From Micrococcales bacterium (GTDB lineage Bacteria; Actinomycetota; Actinomycetes; S36-B12; UBA10799), in contig JADJCR010000008.1 in assembly GCA_016703125.1 (NCBI GenBank), positions 113,396 through 177,395 on the forward strand: DNA of 64,000 nt. Reading direction: 5' to 3'. Under the pieces are notes generated by a model, which was not told where the DNA came from, did no database searches, and saw only the letters and a list, made by a program, of their open reading frames with translations. Shown here in pieces: positions 29,508-38,605 of this stretch; position 1 is the first letter of the stretch, and each line of letters begins with the position of its first letter. Made by a program: the position numbers and the translations under genes.

Positions 29508-32123
29508 TCAGAGCACGCCCAGTTCGGCGGCCCGCCGGACCGCGGCGCGCCGGCTGGTCACGTCGAGCTTGGCGTAGATGTGTTTGGTGTGGGTGCGCAG
29601 CGTGTTCAGGGAGACCACGAGGTGGTCGGCGATCTGCGGCCCGCTGAGGTCGGTGCCGAGCAGTCGCAGGACCTCTGCTTCGCGTTCACTGAGCGGCTCG
29701 GCCAGGCCACTGCTGAGGGGTGCCTGGGGTGCCGCCAGCAGTCGGCGCGGGAAGGGCCAGCGCGGCTGGCGTTTGGTCACGGCCCGCAACAGGGCCTCCA
29801 GTTTCTCGCCCCCGTTGATGAAGGTGCGGGCGTAACCCTCCGGTTCGGCCAGTCGCAGTGCCCGTTCCAGGGGTTGCGGGTCGCGGTGGGCCAGTGCCTG
29901 CAAGATGAGGATCTCGATGATGCTGCCGGTCCGACCGCCGGCCTCGGCCGACGCCAGCAGCCGCTCGAGCAGCTCCGACCCAGCCAGTTCGTCAGCGTCG
30001 GCGAGCAGCAGTCGGGCCAGGGTGATGTGCTCGCATTCCCGGGCGTACGCCACGTCGTCGTCCGCGCGCAGGCCCGCCCGGCGCACCCATGCCCGCGCCT
30101 CGTCGAGCCGGCCCTGGGTGATCAGCACCCGTGCTCGCAGCGCCCCCACCGGCCGCACCTCGGGGGAGTAGTCACCGGCGTACACCCGCTCGGCCTCGGC
30201 GAGCAGATCTGCTGCGCCGCGCAGGTCGCCTTCGGCGTGACGGATGCCGGCAAGCGCCACCAGGCGGCGATACGGGTACTGCGGCAGCCCCATCGGGTCG
30301 CCCAAGTGCTCGGCCCGGTGCAGGTGGTCGAGGGCGGCCGGCAGGTCGTCGCGCTCGCACGCGATCTGTGCGAGCCCGACGTACATGTCGGGGGTGCCAC
30401 GCAGCGGGATCGGGGAGTCGCTGGTGAGCAGGAGCGCATGCTCGTAGGTGCGCGCTGCCTCGTTCAACCGGCCCTGGGTGATCAGGATGTCCGACAGCGC
30501 TATCGAACAGCCCAGGACGTCGGCGATGTGGCCCGCGCTGAGCAACTCGTCGACGGCCGCCGAGTAGGTGCGCTGGGCCTCGGTCAGGTCCCCGCTCGAC
30601 CAGGAGGAGAGTCCCTGCAGTGCGTACGCACCGCCGCGCGTGAGGTGATCGTCAGCGGCGGCGCGTTCAACCGCCCGTGCGGCGTGGTCGACGGTACGTG
30701 CGCCATCGCCGCGCACCAGCGCCAGGGCGGCCCGGTACAGCTCCAGTTCACCGGGTAGGCGGGCGAACTCATCGTGGTCGACGACCGAGATCGGATCACC
30801 GGCGTCCAGCGCGCGTTCGATCCCCCGCAGCCGGTCCTCGATCGCGTCGAATTCCGAACGGGCCATCAGGACCCCCACTAGGCCCATGGCGAGCACGGGT
30901 CTGGACTGCAGGACTTCTTTGGGCAGCGCGTCGAGGTACTGCAGCATGACGGCATCCTGCCGGTCGCGGCGCAGGGCTGGGAGGGCCAACTCCATCAGGT
31001 CCGCTGCGCGTTCGGCATCTCCAGCCGCCAGCGCGTGCCGGACGGCCGGCACCGGCTCGCCAGCGTCGTCGTACCAGCGGCTGGCCCGGCCGTGCAACTC
31101 GCGCACATCGTCGGGGTGCTCGTCGAGCAGATGTGTTTGCAGGACCTCGCCGAAGAGGTGGTGGTAGCGGTACCACTGCCGGGTGTCGTCGAGCGGCACC
31201 AGGAACAAGTTCGCGCGGTCCAGCGCCTGCAGGGTGCTCCTTCCGCCGGCCTGCCCGGTGACGGCGTCACACAGCGGGCCGCACAGGCGGTCCAGGATCG
31301 AGGTCCGCAGGAGGAAGTCGCGGATCTGCTCGGGCTGGCGTTGCAGGACCTCCTCGACGAGGTAGTCCACGACGTACCTGTCGTCGCCGGTGAACCCCGC
31401 CACGAACCTGGTCACATCCTCGCGCCCCTGCAACGACAGCGCCGCCAGTTGCAGCGCCGCGATCCAGCCCTCCGTGCGTTGCTCGAGGGCCTCGACGTCT
31501 GCGGGATCGAGGTCCCGACCGGTTGCCGCGCCGAGGTACTCCCCCGCCTCCTGCGGGCTGAACCGCAGATCGGCGGCACGGACCTCGACCAGCTCGCCAC
31601 GCGCCCGCAGGCGCGCCAGGGGCAGCGCCGGGTCCGCGCGGGTGCTGATCACAAGGTGCGCCTGTGGCGGGAGATGTTCCAGAAGGAACGCCATGTCCTC
31701 GTGGATGCCCGGCCCGTCGGCCAAGTGGTAGTCGTCGAGAACCAGGTGGACATCGTGGGTGAGTTCGCTGAGTTCGTTGACCAGGGTCGTGAGGATCGAC
31801 TCCATCGCAGGCTGCGGGGACTGCAGCAGGGACGCCGCGCTGCGGCCCATGTCCGGGTCCACTGTCTGCAGGGCAGCGACCACCTGGACCCAGAAGGTGG
31901 TCTGCGCGTCATCCCCCGCGGCCAGGGACAGCCACGCGACCTTGTGCCGGGTGGCCAGCCAGGATGCGAGCACCGTGGTCTTCCCGAACCCGGCCGGCGC
32001 GCTGATCAGGGTCAGTCGGGCCTGGTCGCCGGGCCTGAGGATGGCGTCCAGTCGGGGCCTGGCGATGTTGCCGGGACGCGGGCGAGGTGCGTGGAACTTG
32101 GTCCGGACCAGGGAATGTGCCAC
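29508..32123 (-). CDS. LuxR-family transcriptional regulator, MalT-like (AAA/STAND NTPase, TPR-like region, C-terminal HTH)
   Basis: Walker A SAPAGFGKTT, Walker B LVLDDYH. C-terminal LSEREAEVLRLLGTDLSGPQIADHLVVSLNTLRTHTKHIYAKL. Confidence 0.9.
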   Translation of the reverse strand: MAHSLVRTKFHAPRPRPGNIARPRLDAILRPGDQARLTLISAPAGFGKTTVLASWLATRHKVAWLSLAAGDDAQTTFWVQVVAALQTVDPDMGRSAASLLQSPQPAMESILTTLVNELSELTHDVHLVLDDYHLADGPGIHEDMAFLLEHLPPQAHLVISTRADPALPLARLRARGELVEVRAADLRFSPQEAGEYLGAATGRDLDPADVEALEQRTEGWIAALQLAALSLQGREDVTRFVAGFTGDDRYVVDYLVEEVLQRQPEQIRDFLLRTSILDRLCGPLCDAVTGQAGGRSTLQALDRANLFLVPLDDTRQWYRYHHLFGEVLQTHLLDEHPDDVRELHGRASRWYDDAGEPVPAVRHALAAGDAERAADLMELALPALRRDRQDAVMLQYLDALPKEVLQSRPVLAMGLVGVLMARSEFDAIEDRLRGIERALDAGDPISVVDHDEFARLPGELELYRAALALVRGDGARTVDHAARAVERAAADDHLTRGGAYALQGLSSWSSGDLTEAQRTYSAAVDELLSAGHIADVLGCSIALSDILITQGRLNEAARTYEHALLLTSDSPIPLRGTPDMYVGLAQIACERDDLPAALDHLHRAEHLGDPMGLPQYPYRRLVALAGIRHAEGDLRGAADLLAEAERVYAGDYSPEVRPVGALRARVLITQGRLDEARAWVRRAGLRADDDVAYARECEHITLARLLLADADELAGSELLERLLASAEAGGRTGSIIEILILQALAHRDPQPLERALRLAEPEGYARTFINGGEKLEALLRAVTKRQPRWPFPRRLLAAPQAPLSSGLAEPLSEREAEVLRLLGTDLSGPQIADHLVVSLNTLRTHTKHIYAKLDVTSRRAAVRRAAELGVL

Positions 32124-32197
32124 CGCGGCTCCCGTCGTGTCTTGACAGACGATGCGCCGAGCCTAACGGCGTTGTGGCAGGGGCGGCAGCGCGGGTT

Positions 32198-32345
32198 TCA
32201 GAATCCGTTCTCCGCGCTCGCGTCAGGCCTGCGCCGGTCCACCAGCCACGCCTGGAAGATCCCCGTCAGGTCCACGCCGCTGACCTCTGCGGCCAGCGCT
32301 TCGAACTCCTCCACGGTGGCCGTGCCCCACCGGTGCTCGCGCGGG
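32198..32345 (-). pseudogene. C-terminal fragment resembling an M1-family aminopeptidase
   Basis: ...REHRWGTATVEEFEALAAEVSGVDLTGIFQAWLVDRRRPDASAENGF*. There is no upstream body for it, because the OYE promoter and gene follow immediately. Confidence 0.4.
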
Positions 32346-32387
32346 CGATCTGCCGGCTGGAGGTCCCGGTCGGGGCACCTCCGTAGC

Positions 32388-33473
32388 ATGGGCCACATGC
32401 CCAACCCCATTGACCCTCTGCGGCTTGCCCATGGCCGGGCGTGGCGCAACTCCCTCGCGCTGGCGCCGTTGACCAACTGCCAGAGCCACGCAGATGGCAG
32501 CCTGTCCGACGACGAGATCACCTGGCTCACCGCTCGCGCAGAAGGTGGGTTCGGTCTGGTGATGACGGCGGCTGCGTTCGTCGCTCCGGCGGGCCATGTG
32601 TGGCGCGGGCAGTTGGGCGTCGCCTCCGACGACCACCTACCGGGACTGCGCCGCCTGGCCGAGGGAGTGCGTGCGGCGAATGCCTGCAGCGCGGTGCAAC
32701 TGCACCACGGAGGTCGACGGGCGGAGCGGGCCATCACCGGAATGGCAGCCCAATGCCCGTGGGACGATCCCGCCCACGACGCGGTGGCCATGACCGGTGA
32801 GGACGTCGAGGCGACCGTTGCGGACTTCGTGGCGGCAGCCGTGCGAGCCGAACACGCCGGCTTCGATGGCGTGGAACTGCACGGTGCGCACGGCTACCTG
32901 CTGGGACAGTTCCTCGACTCGACACGCAATCACCGCACCGATGCGTACGGCGGATCGCTGGACAACCGGTTCCGGGTCGTCCAGGAGGTGATGGAGGGGG
33001 TTCGCGCAGCCACGGGGGAGGACTTCCAACTCGGGTTGCGACTGTCTCCGGAGGGTTTCGGGATCCCTCTGGCCGATGGTCGGGAGTACGCGCGGCGGGC
33101 TCTCGACTCTGGTCTACTGGACTACCTCGAACTGTCGCTGTGGGACGTCTTCATGGGGCCGCGCAGGGGAGGCGACGGGCTGCTCATCGATCACTTCGTG
33201 GATCTGCCGCGGGGATCGACGAGGTTGGGCGTCGCGGGCAAGGTGCTGTCCACCACGGACGCGCAGTGGTGCCTGGACAAGGGTGCGGACTTCGTCTCCG
33301 TGGGCCGCGGCGCGATTGTCAACCACGACTTCGCCGCACGGGCTGTCGCCGATGCGTCGTTCAGCGCACGCCCCCTCCCCGTGTCGGTCGAGGTCCTGCG
33401 GCAGGAGAGGGTCGGGCCCGCGTTCCTGGAGTACCTGATCGAGACCTTCCCGGACGTCGTCGCGGTGCCCTGA
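32388..33473 (+). CDS. NADH:flavin oxidoreductase (Old Yellow Enzyme family)
   Basis: LAPLTNCQSHADGSLSDDE, QLHHGG, GFDGVELHGAHGYLLGQFL. Alternative ATG at 32397. Confidence 0.85.
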   Translation: MGHMPNPIDPLRLAHGRAWRNSLALAPLTNCQSHADGSLSDDEITWLTARAEGGFGLVMTAAAFVAPAGHVWRGQLGVASDDHLPGLRRLAEGVRAANACSAVQLHHGGRRAERAITGMAAQCPWDDPAHDAVAMTGEDVEATVADFVAAAVRAEHAGFDGVELHGAHGYLLGQFLDSTRNHRTDAYGGSLDNRFRVVQEVMEGVRAATGEDFQLGLRLSPEGFGIPLADGREYARRALDSGLLDYLELSLWDVFMGPRRGGDGLLIDHFVDLPRGSTRLGVAGKVLSTTDAQWCLDKGADFVSVGRGAIVNHDFAARAVADASFSARPLPVSVEVLRQERVGPAFLEYLIETFPDVVAVP

Positions 33474-33477
33474 CGGC

Positions 33478-35023
33478 TCAGTACGCCTCGTAGAGACTCG
33501 TCGCGATCTCGCCCAGATCCTCGTTGGCCGCGAACACGCCTTGGATGTCGTCGAACATGGCCTGGTTGACGATGATCGCGATGGCGAGCTTACGGCCGGA
33601 CTGGGCCTCGATGTAGCCACCGAGGGCCTTGGTCTCGACCCGCAGCCGTTGGTTCAGCAGATCCTGGTCCCCGAGCGTGCCGGTCTTGGCGTACACCTTG
33701 CCCGCGGCCGGGCTGTCGGTCTGCACGGTGGCCACCGACCCGTCGACACCCATGATGGGCATCGCCCCCATCCAGCGCTGGGCATCCGGACGGTCGTTGA
33801 AGACCTTCATCAACTGTGCGACCGAACTGGCGGTGACGAAGTTGCCGGGCAGCCCGGAGCCGTCCACAAGGGACGCCTGCTTCGGATCGACCCCGGCCGC
33901 ACCGAGCACCTTCGCCACCTCCGGGAAGCCGTCGTCGCAGTCCCTGCTGCCGATCGATGCGGCGAGCAGGCACACCTGGGTCTGGGCGCCGCGGTTGTAG
34001 CTCACCTTGAGGATGTAGGTGGCGTTCTCCTCCAGCGGCAGTCCCTCAAGGTTGGCGACCTCGGGCAGTTCGGCGACCTTCGTCGGGGCGGGCAGCGTGC
34101 CGCGCGGATTCGGTGCGGTCGGGTTGGACGCAACCGTCACGCCCGCGCGCTGCAGGGCTTCGATGAATGCGGTGCGGGCGAAGCGGGGCGGGTCGTCGAA
34201 GTGCTCCACCTTCAACTGCGGATCGGCGTCGGCGGCGATGGTGCCGCGCAGCACGATGGTTCCGTACTCGGGGCTGGTGATGTCGATGCCGCCGTCCTCA
34301 CCGGCAGCCACCGTCGTGACGCGGTTGACCACCCGCCAGGGCGCCACCTCCGGCCGCATCCGGACCGCGGCGGGTTCACCGACAGCGCCGGGTGTGGTGA
34401 CGACGTCGATGAGGTTGTTGTTGATGATGATCGGCGACACTGGGCCGTCGTTGATGCCCAGGTTCTCGGTGGCCCAGAGGCGGTCGTCGATGACGACGTC
34501 CCCGCCGACCCGGTCGATGCCGGCGGCCTTCACCTGCTCGGCGAGGTCGTCGAGACCGGCCAGCGGGTCGTTGTCGGCGATGGTCGCGCCGGGCAGCACG
34601 TTCGCGTCGTTGTGGTCCATATTCGTGAACACGACCTGCCCGTCCGGACCGGTCTGGCCGCCCATGAGGATGTCGCCCTTCGCGACAAGTACGAGGTCGC
34701 CGTCCAGCGTGCCGCCATCGACCTGGCCCTGCCGCACGACGGGCGTCGTGATCTTCGAATCGGGGCCGAACTTCAACCATGCGGAGCCGACGCTGTAGGT
34801 CTTCGTCACCGAGGCGGGCTCCAGCAGGGACGCGGCGTTGTAGTCCACGAGCGCCTCGCCGGACTCTGCGTCCTCCACCCGGATCGCCCAGGTCGCCCCG
34901 CGTAGGGCGCGGACTCCATGATCTGCACGGCGCTGTCCGGCAGCCCGGGATCGCGGTATCCGAGGTGCCGGACGAACAGGCGGCCAGCGGGAGCAGGGCC
35001 AGGCCGATGAATGCTTTGCGCAT
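33478..35023 (-). pseudogene. dacB: D-alanyl-D-alanine carboxypeptidase/endopeptidase (PBP4, S13 family), N-terminal region frameshifted as assembled
   Basis: Body is ORF 33478..34878 (PASVTKTYS active-site SxxK, DGSGL, KTGTL). The lipoprotein signal MRKAFIGLALLPLAACSSG starts at 35023 in another frame. LPDSAVQIMESAPYAG lies in the third frame. The breaks are at C/G runs near 34896-34899 and 34944-34949. Confidence 0.75.
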
Positions 35024-35073
35024 GTGAGTCGCCTTCTTGGTGAATGTCCTCGAAGGGCTGATGCTAGTGGGTC

Positions 35074-35394
35074 TCAGTAGCCCAGCACTCGCGCGAGGAT
35101 CATCAGCGCGGCCGCTACACCGAAGAACACCAACCACGGCCACGTCTTGCGCCACCGTTCGGAGCGCCGGGCCCGCTTCGCGCGTTTCACCGACTCACCC
35201 CTGCCCTGCAGGTCGGCCCGGTCCAACTCGGCCCAGCGTTCGCGTTTGGCCTGCAGGTCCCGCTCGCGCGCCGAGGCCTCGCGCTGCGCCGCGTCGTTGA
35301 CCCAGTCGTCGTCGAAGCTCACAGAACCAGCGAAACACAGGCGGCGCGCTCGCACCAGGCGGTCACGGGGCGAACCGGCGCTGCAGGTCGGCAT
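35074..35394 (-). CDS. Hypothetical protein with a charged region and a C-terminal TM anchor
   Basis: ...RERDLQAKRERWAELDRADLQ...WPWLVFFGVAAALMILARVLGY. The start is uncertain; a GTG giving VSFDDDW at 35322 is possible. Confidence 0.45.
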   Translation of the reverse strand: MPTCSAGSPRDRLVRARRLCFAGSVSFDDDWVNDAAQREASARERDLQAKRERWAELDRADLQGRGESVKRAKRARRSERWRKTWPWLVFFGVAAALMILARVLGY

Positions 35395-35638
35395 AGGGCA
35401 TCGCGCCGTGGAGGAAGCTCAGCGTGCCGGTGTCGAGCAACTCCCGGGCTGCGCGTTCCCAGCATGCTCAGCGAGTCCTATGGTTCGCGCTCGCGACAGT
35501 TGGTTGATATCGCACGAACGGCCGTCGCTACAGCGCGGGAGCGGTACCTGCTCCTGTCCCGCTGGCGTACTCTGGAGGTGCGCCCTGAAGGCCGGGAAGT
35601 CCCGGCTCCCGACCGCGAACGCGGGGCTGGGAGGGATC

Positions 35639-36811
35639 ATGAACGCTTCGACGACCCGAGTTGCCGTGGCCCTGGCCATCGCCGTCACACCGGCGGTCGG
35701 CGTTGCTCCGGCAGCGGCGGTCCCGGTCACCATCACCGTCCACGAGACCGGCCTGGAGTCCCTGAATGCGGTGTCCCGCACGGGTCGCTACGTCGTGGGC
35801 TCGGAGGTGCTGTACGGGCGCCCGCAGTTGCGAGACCTGGCCACCGGTACCCGCGTGGCGCTGTTGCCCCAGAAGGCCAGCCGGCCATCGTTGAGCGACA
35901 ACGGCCGGTACGTGGCGTACACGCTGCCGGTCGGCGAATGGGGCCGTCAGAAGGTCATGCTTTTCGATCGGCGCAAGGCAACGACCACCAACGTCACCCG
36001 GCGCTCGGACGGCGCACTTCTGAAGCCCACTTGGCGCAGCCGCTGCACCCTGGCGCTGTGCGAGGAGGACCAGAAGTTGCGCTACTCGCCGCAGCTGGCC
36101 GGCGGCCAGATCTCCGGCAACGGCCGGTACGTGGTGTTCAGCGCGAACTTCCGCAAGCCGGGCAAGATCGACGTCTACCTCAAGGACCTGCGCACCGGCA
36201 AACTCACCGTGTTCAAGGGCGCCGGTCGGGTGCACCTGGCCGAGGGTGACACCGAACAGCTCCAAGCTCCGTCGGTATCCGAGGACGCCCGCACGATCCT
36301 GATCCCGGGCAGGCTCGAGTCGTACGAATCGGGGAACACGTGGCAACCGGGCCGGGCCGTGTTCGACCGGACGCGGCTCGTGGATATCGGCGGGGTGGGC
36401 AACACCATGACCCGTGACGGTCGCACCATCACCATCAACGGCTCGTTCTCCGGTGCGGATGAGGGGACCCCCATCGGGGTCGTCTGGTACGACGTGGCGA
36501 CTGCTACGAGCATCCCGGCGGACCCACCCACGATGCGCTTGAATCTCGGGACCTCCTCGCGCGACGGGCGATACGTGGTGTGGAAGGCGAGTATGGCCGA
36601 TCCCTTGCAGATCCGTGATCGCACCGCGGCGGTGAGTTACGACCTGCAGGCGGCGCTGACGGCTGCGGGCTACGCGGTGAACCCCTCGGCCGGTGCCCCG
36701 GGCAGTTTCGTGTGGGGCTACCCCGATACCGCGGCCGCCATGAGCGGTGACGGGCTTGTGGCCTTTGTGGACACCAGTGCCGGCATCGTCGCCGTCACGT
36801 GGACGCCGTGA
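35639..36811 (+). CDS. Secreted protein with TolB/PD40-like beta-propeller repeats
   Basis: GGGAGGG RBS and ATG at 35639. Signal peptide ...PAVGVAPAAA. Recurrent S.(D/N)GRYVV(F/Y/W) blades: SRTGRYVVGS, SDNGRYVAYT, SGNGRYVVFS, SRDGRYVVWK. Confidence 0.7.
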   Translation: MNASTTRVAVALAIAVTPAVGVAPAAAVPVTITVHETGLESLNAVSRTGRYVVGSEVLYGRPQLRDLATGTRVALLPQKASRPSLSDNGRYVAYTLPVGEWGRQKVMLFDRRKATTTNVTRRSDGALLKPTWRSRCTLALCEEDQKLRYSPQLAGGQISGNGRYVVFSANFRKPGKIDVYLKDLRTGKLTVFKGAGRVHLAEGDTEQLQAPSVSEDARTILIPGRLESYESGNTWQPGRAVFDRTRLVDIGGVGNTMTRDGRTITINGSFSGADEGTPIGVVWYDVATATSIPADPPTMRLNLGTSSRDGRYVVWKASMADPLQIRDRTAAVSYDLQAALTAAGYAVNPSAGAPGSFVWGYPDTAAAMSGDGLVAFVDTSAGIVAVTWTP

Positions 36812-36894
36812 GACATCGCCAGCCGCGGGGTCGCGGTGACCGAATCCCGGACTGGCCCGGTGACGTGCAGCGGTTTCGCGCGTAGCGTGCGGGC

Positions 36895-37773
36895 ATGGCT
36901 GAGGGCCACGCGCCGTGCGCGCGTACGGTCGAACTGCCCGAACTGCGCATGCGGGTGGTCGAGGCGGGTGCGGGCGAACCAGTCCTGCTCCTGCACGGGT
37001 TCCCGCAGGACTCCCGGGAGTATGCCCGCGTCATGGACCACCTGGCCGGAACTGCGCGATTGATCGTCCCGGATCTACGCGGGGCAGGTGGCACCGGCGC
37101 ACCTGCGGGGCGTTACGACCTCGCCACGATGCAGGGCGATCTGCTGGCACTGCTGGATGCCCTCGGACTCCAGCGGGTGGCAATTGTCGCGCACGACTGG
37201 AGCGCGCTGGTGGCCTTCCTGTTCTGCTTGGACCATCCGGAGCGCGTCTCGCGGTACGTGGCGCTGGCCGTGCCGCCGCCGTACCTGCGGATGCATCCCG
37301 CGATGGCGCGCTCCATGCCCCACCTGTGGTTCCAGTACGCGCTGGCCACGCCCGGGCTTGGGGCGCGTCTGCTCTCCGGTGGCCGGCAGCGGCTCCCGCA
37401 CTGGCTCTTCCGCACGTTCACTGCGCGGCCCGACTCGATCTGCGCCGCGGATGCCGCCGCGTACTTCCGTGCCTTGCGCGACCCCGCACGAGCCCGCGCT
37501 GGTTCGGCTCTGTACCGGCAGTTGATCGTCCCTGAGTTCTTGCGGATCATGCTGGGGCGGCACCGTGGTCGGGTGCTGGAAGTGCCGACCCTGGTGCTGT
37601 TCGGGGAGCAGGACGATGTGATCCCCAGGGCGATGCTGCAGGGATTCGATGCGGACGCCCGGGACCTGACGATCGACTTCGTACCCGGCGCTGCGCACTA
37701 CATCGTGGATGATGAACCCGCGGAAGTTGCCCGGCGGATCGCGCAGTTCCTGGCCCTGCCGGCAGGGGTGTGA
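36895..37773 (+). CDS. Alpha/beta hydrolase (epoxide-hydrolase-like)
   Basis: LLLHGFPQDSREY and VAHDWSALVAF. Confidence 0.8.
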   Translation: MAEGHAPCARTVELPELRMRVVEAGAGEPVLLLHGFPQDSREYARVMDHLAGTARLIVPDLRGAGGTGAPAGRYDLATMQGDLLALLDALGLQRVAIVAHDWSALVAFLFCLDHPERVSRYVALAVPPPYLRMHPAMARSMPHLWFQYALATPGLGARLLSGGRQRLPHWLFRTFTARPDSICAADAAAYFRALRDPARARAGSALYRQLIVPEFLRIMLGRHRGRVLEVPTLVLFGEQDDVIPRAMLQGFDADARDLTIDFVPGAAHYIVDDEPAEVARRIAQFLALPAGV

Positions 37774-37776
37774 CGG

Positions 37777-38475
37777 TCAATCCGCGGCGGTCCGCGCGAG
37801 TCGCCACAGTGCCAGCGCCACCCAGGCCAGCCAGAAGAACAGCAGCAGTCCGTACACGGCGTAGGCGGGGCCCAGCACCGGTCGGAACAACTCAGACACG
37901 ATCCCGATAGAGCCGGTGACGGCGCCGAACCATGCCAGGGGCTTGGAGAAGACCCCCCGCAGCATCACCAACGAGATCAGGAGCAACCCGAGGGTCTGCA
38001 GCACCCCGATGACGGCCGGCACGTCGTTGAGGGCGATGAGCAGTTCCGCCCCGGCCACGTAGGGTGCCCGCTCCGCGGCGGTCGTCGCCGTCGCGTAGTG
38101 ATCGCTGAGCAGGACCATCGCCGGCGAACCGCCGCCGGTCGTCGGCCAGGCCATGGAGATCGCCCAGGACGACACCGCGATCATCCCTGCGACGGCCGCG
38201 TAACTCTTGCCTGTGCCGCGGACCGCGACGGCCAGGGCCAGGAAGACGACCATGAGCAACAAACTGGGGGCCACCCACAGCACCTGCATGATGATGTACG
38301 CCGTCCGGTGCGCGTGGACGTACTCGAGAGTGGCCGCACCCCCTTCTGTGGGCGGTGTAGCCGTCACGGTGACCATGACCAGGGCCGCGGCGTACAGGAC
38401 GACGGCGATACCTGCCGCAACCGCGCCCAGGCGGTACAGGGTGTTCCACGTGTTCCCTGGATGCTGGTCTGACAT
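37777..38475 (-). CDS. Membrane protein, DUF4386-like
   Basis: Start at the MSDQHPGNTWNTLYRLGAVAAG ATG. About 6 hydrophobic spans, with an architecture similar to 28414..29127. Confidence 0.6.
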   Translation of the reverse strand: MSDQHPGNTWNTLYRLGAVAAGIAVVLYAAALVMVTVTATPPTEGGAATLEYVHAHRTAYIIMQVLWVAPSLLLMVVFLALAVAVRGTGKSYAAVAGMIAVSSWAISMAWPTTGGGSPAMVLLSDHYATATTAAERAPYVAGAELLIALNDVPAVIGVLQTLGLLLISLVMLRGVFSKPLAWFGAVTGSIGIVSELFRPVLGPAYAVYGLLLFFWLAWVALALWRLARTAAD

Positions 38476-38605
38476 GCGCCCACCCCACCTCACGATCGCC
38501 CTGACCCCAGCCTGCCCCCAGCGGTTTCCGCGAGGCCCGCCGGGTGTCGGTCACGGACCGCGAGCGAGGTGCGATGATCGCGCTGACGAGAGGGTGGGGG
38601 TGGCA

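Noticed and set aside
31035-32387. Upstream part of ORF 31035..33473(+)
   Set aside because: Antisense to the LuxR regulator gene. OYE similarity begins only at the ATGs at 32388 and 32397.
35360-35470. Short minus-strand frame ending ...ELLDTGTLSFLHGAMPYADLQRRFAP*
   Set aside because: It might be another gene remnant, but I cannot tie the peptide to any family, and it has no start codon or body.
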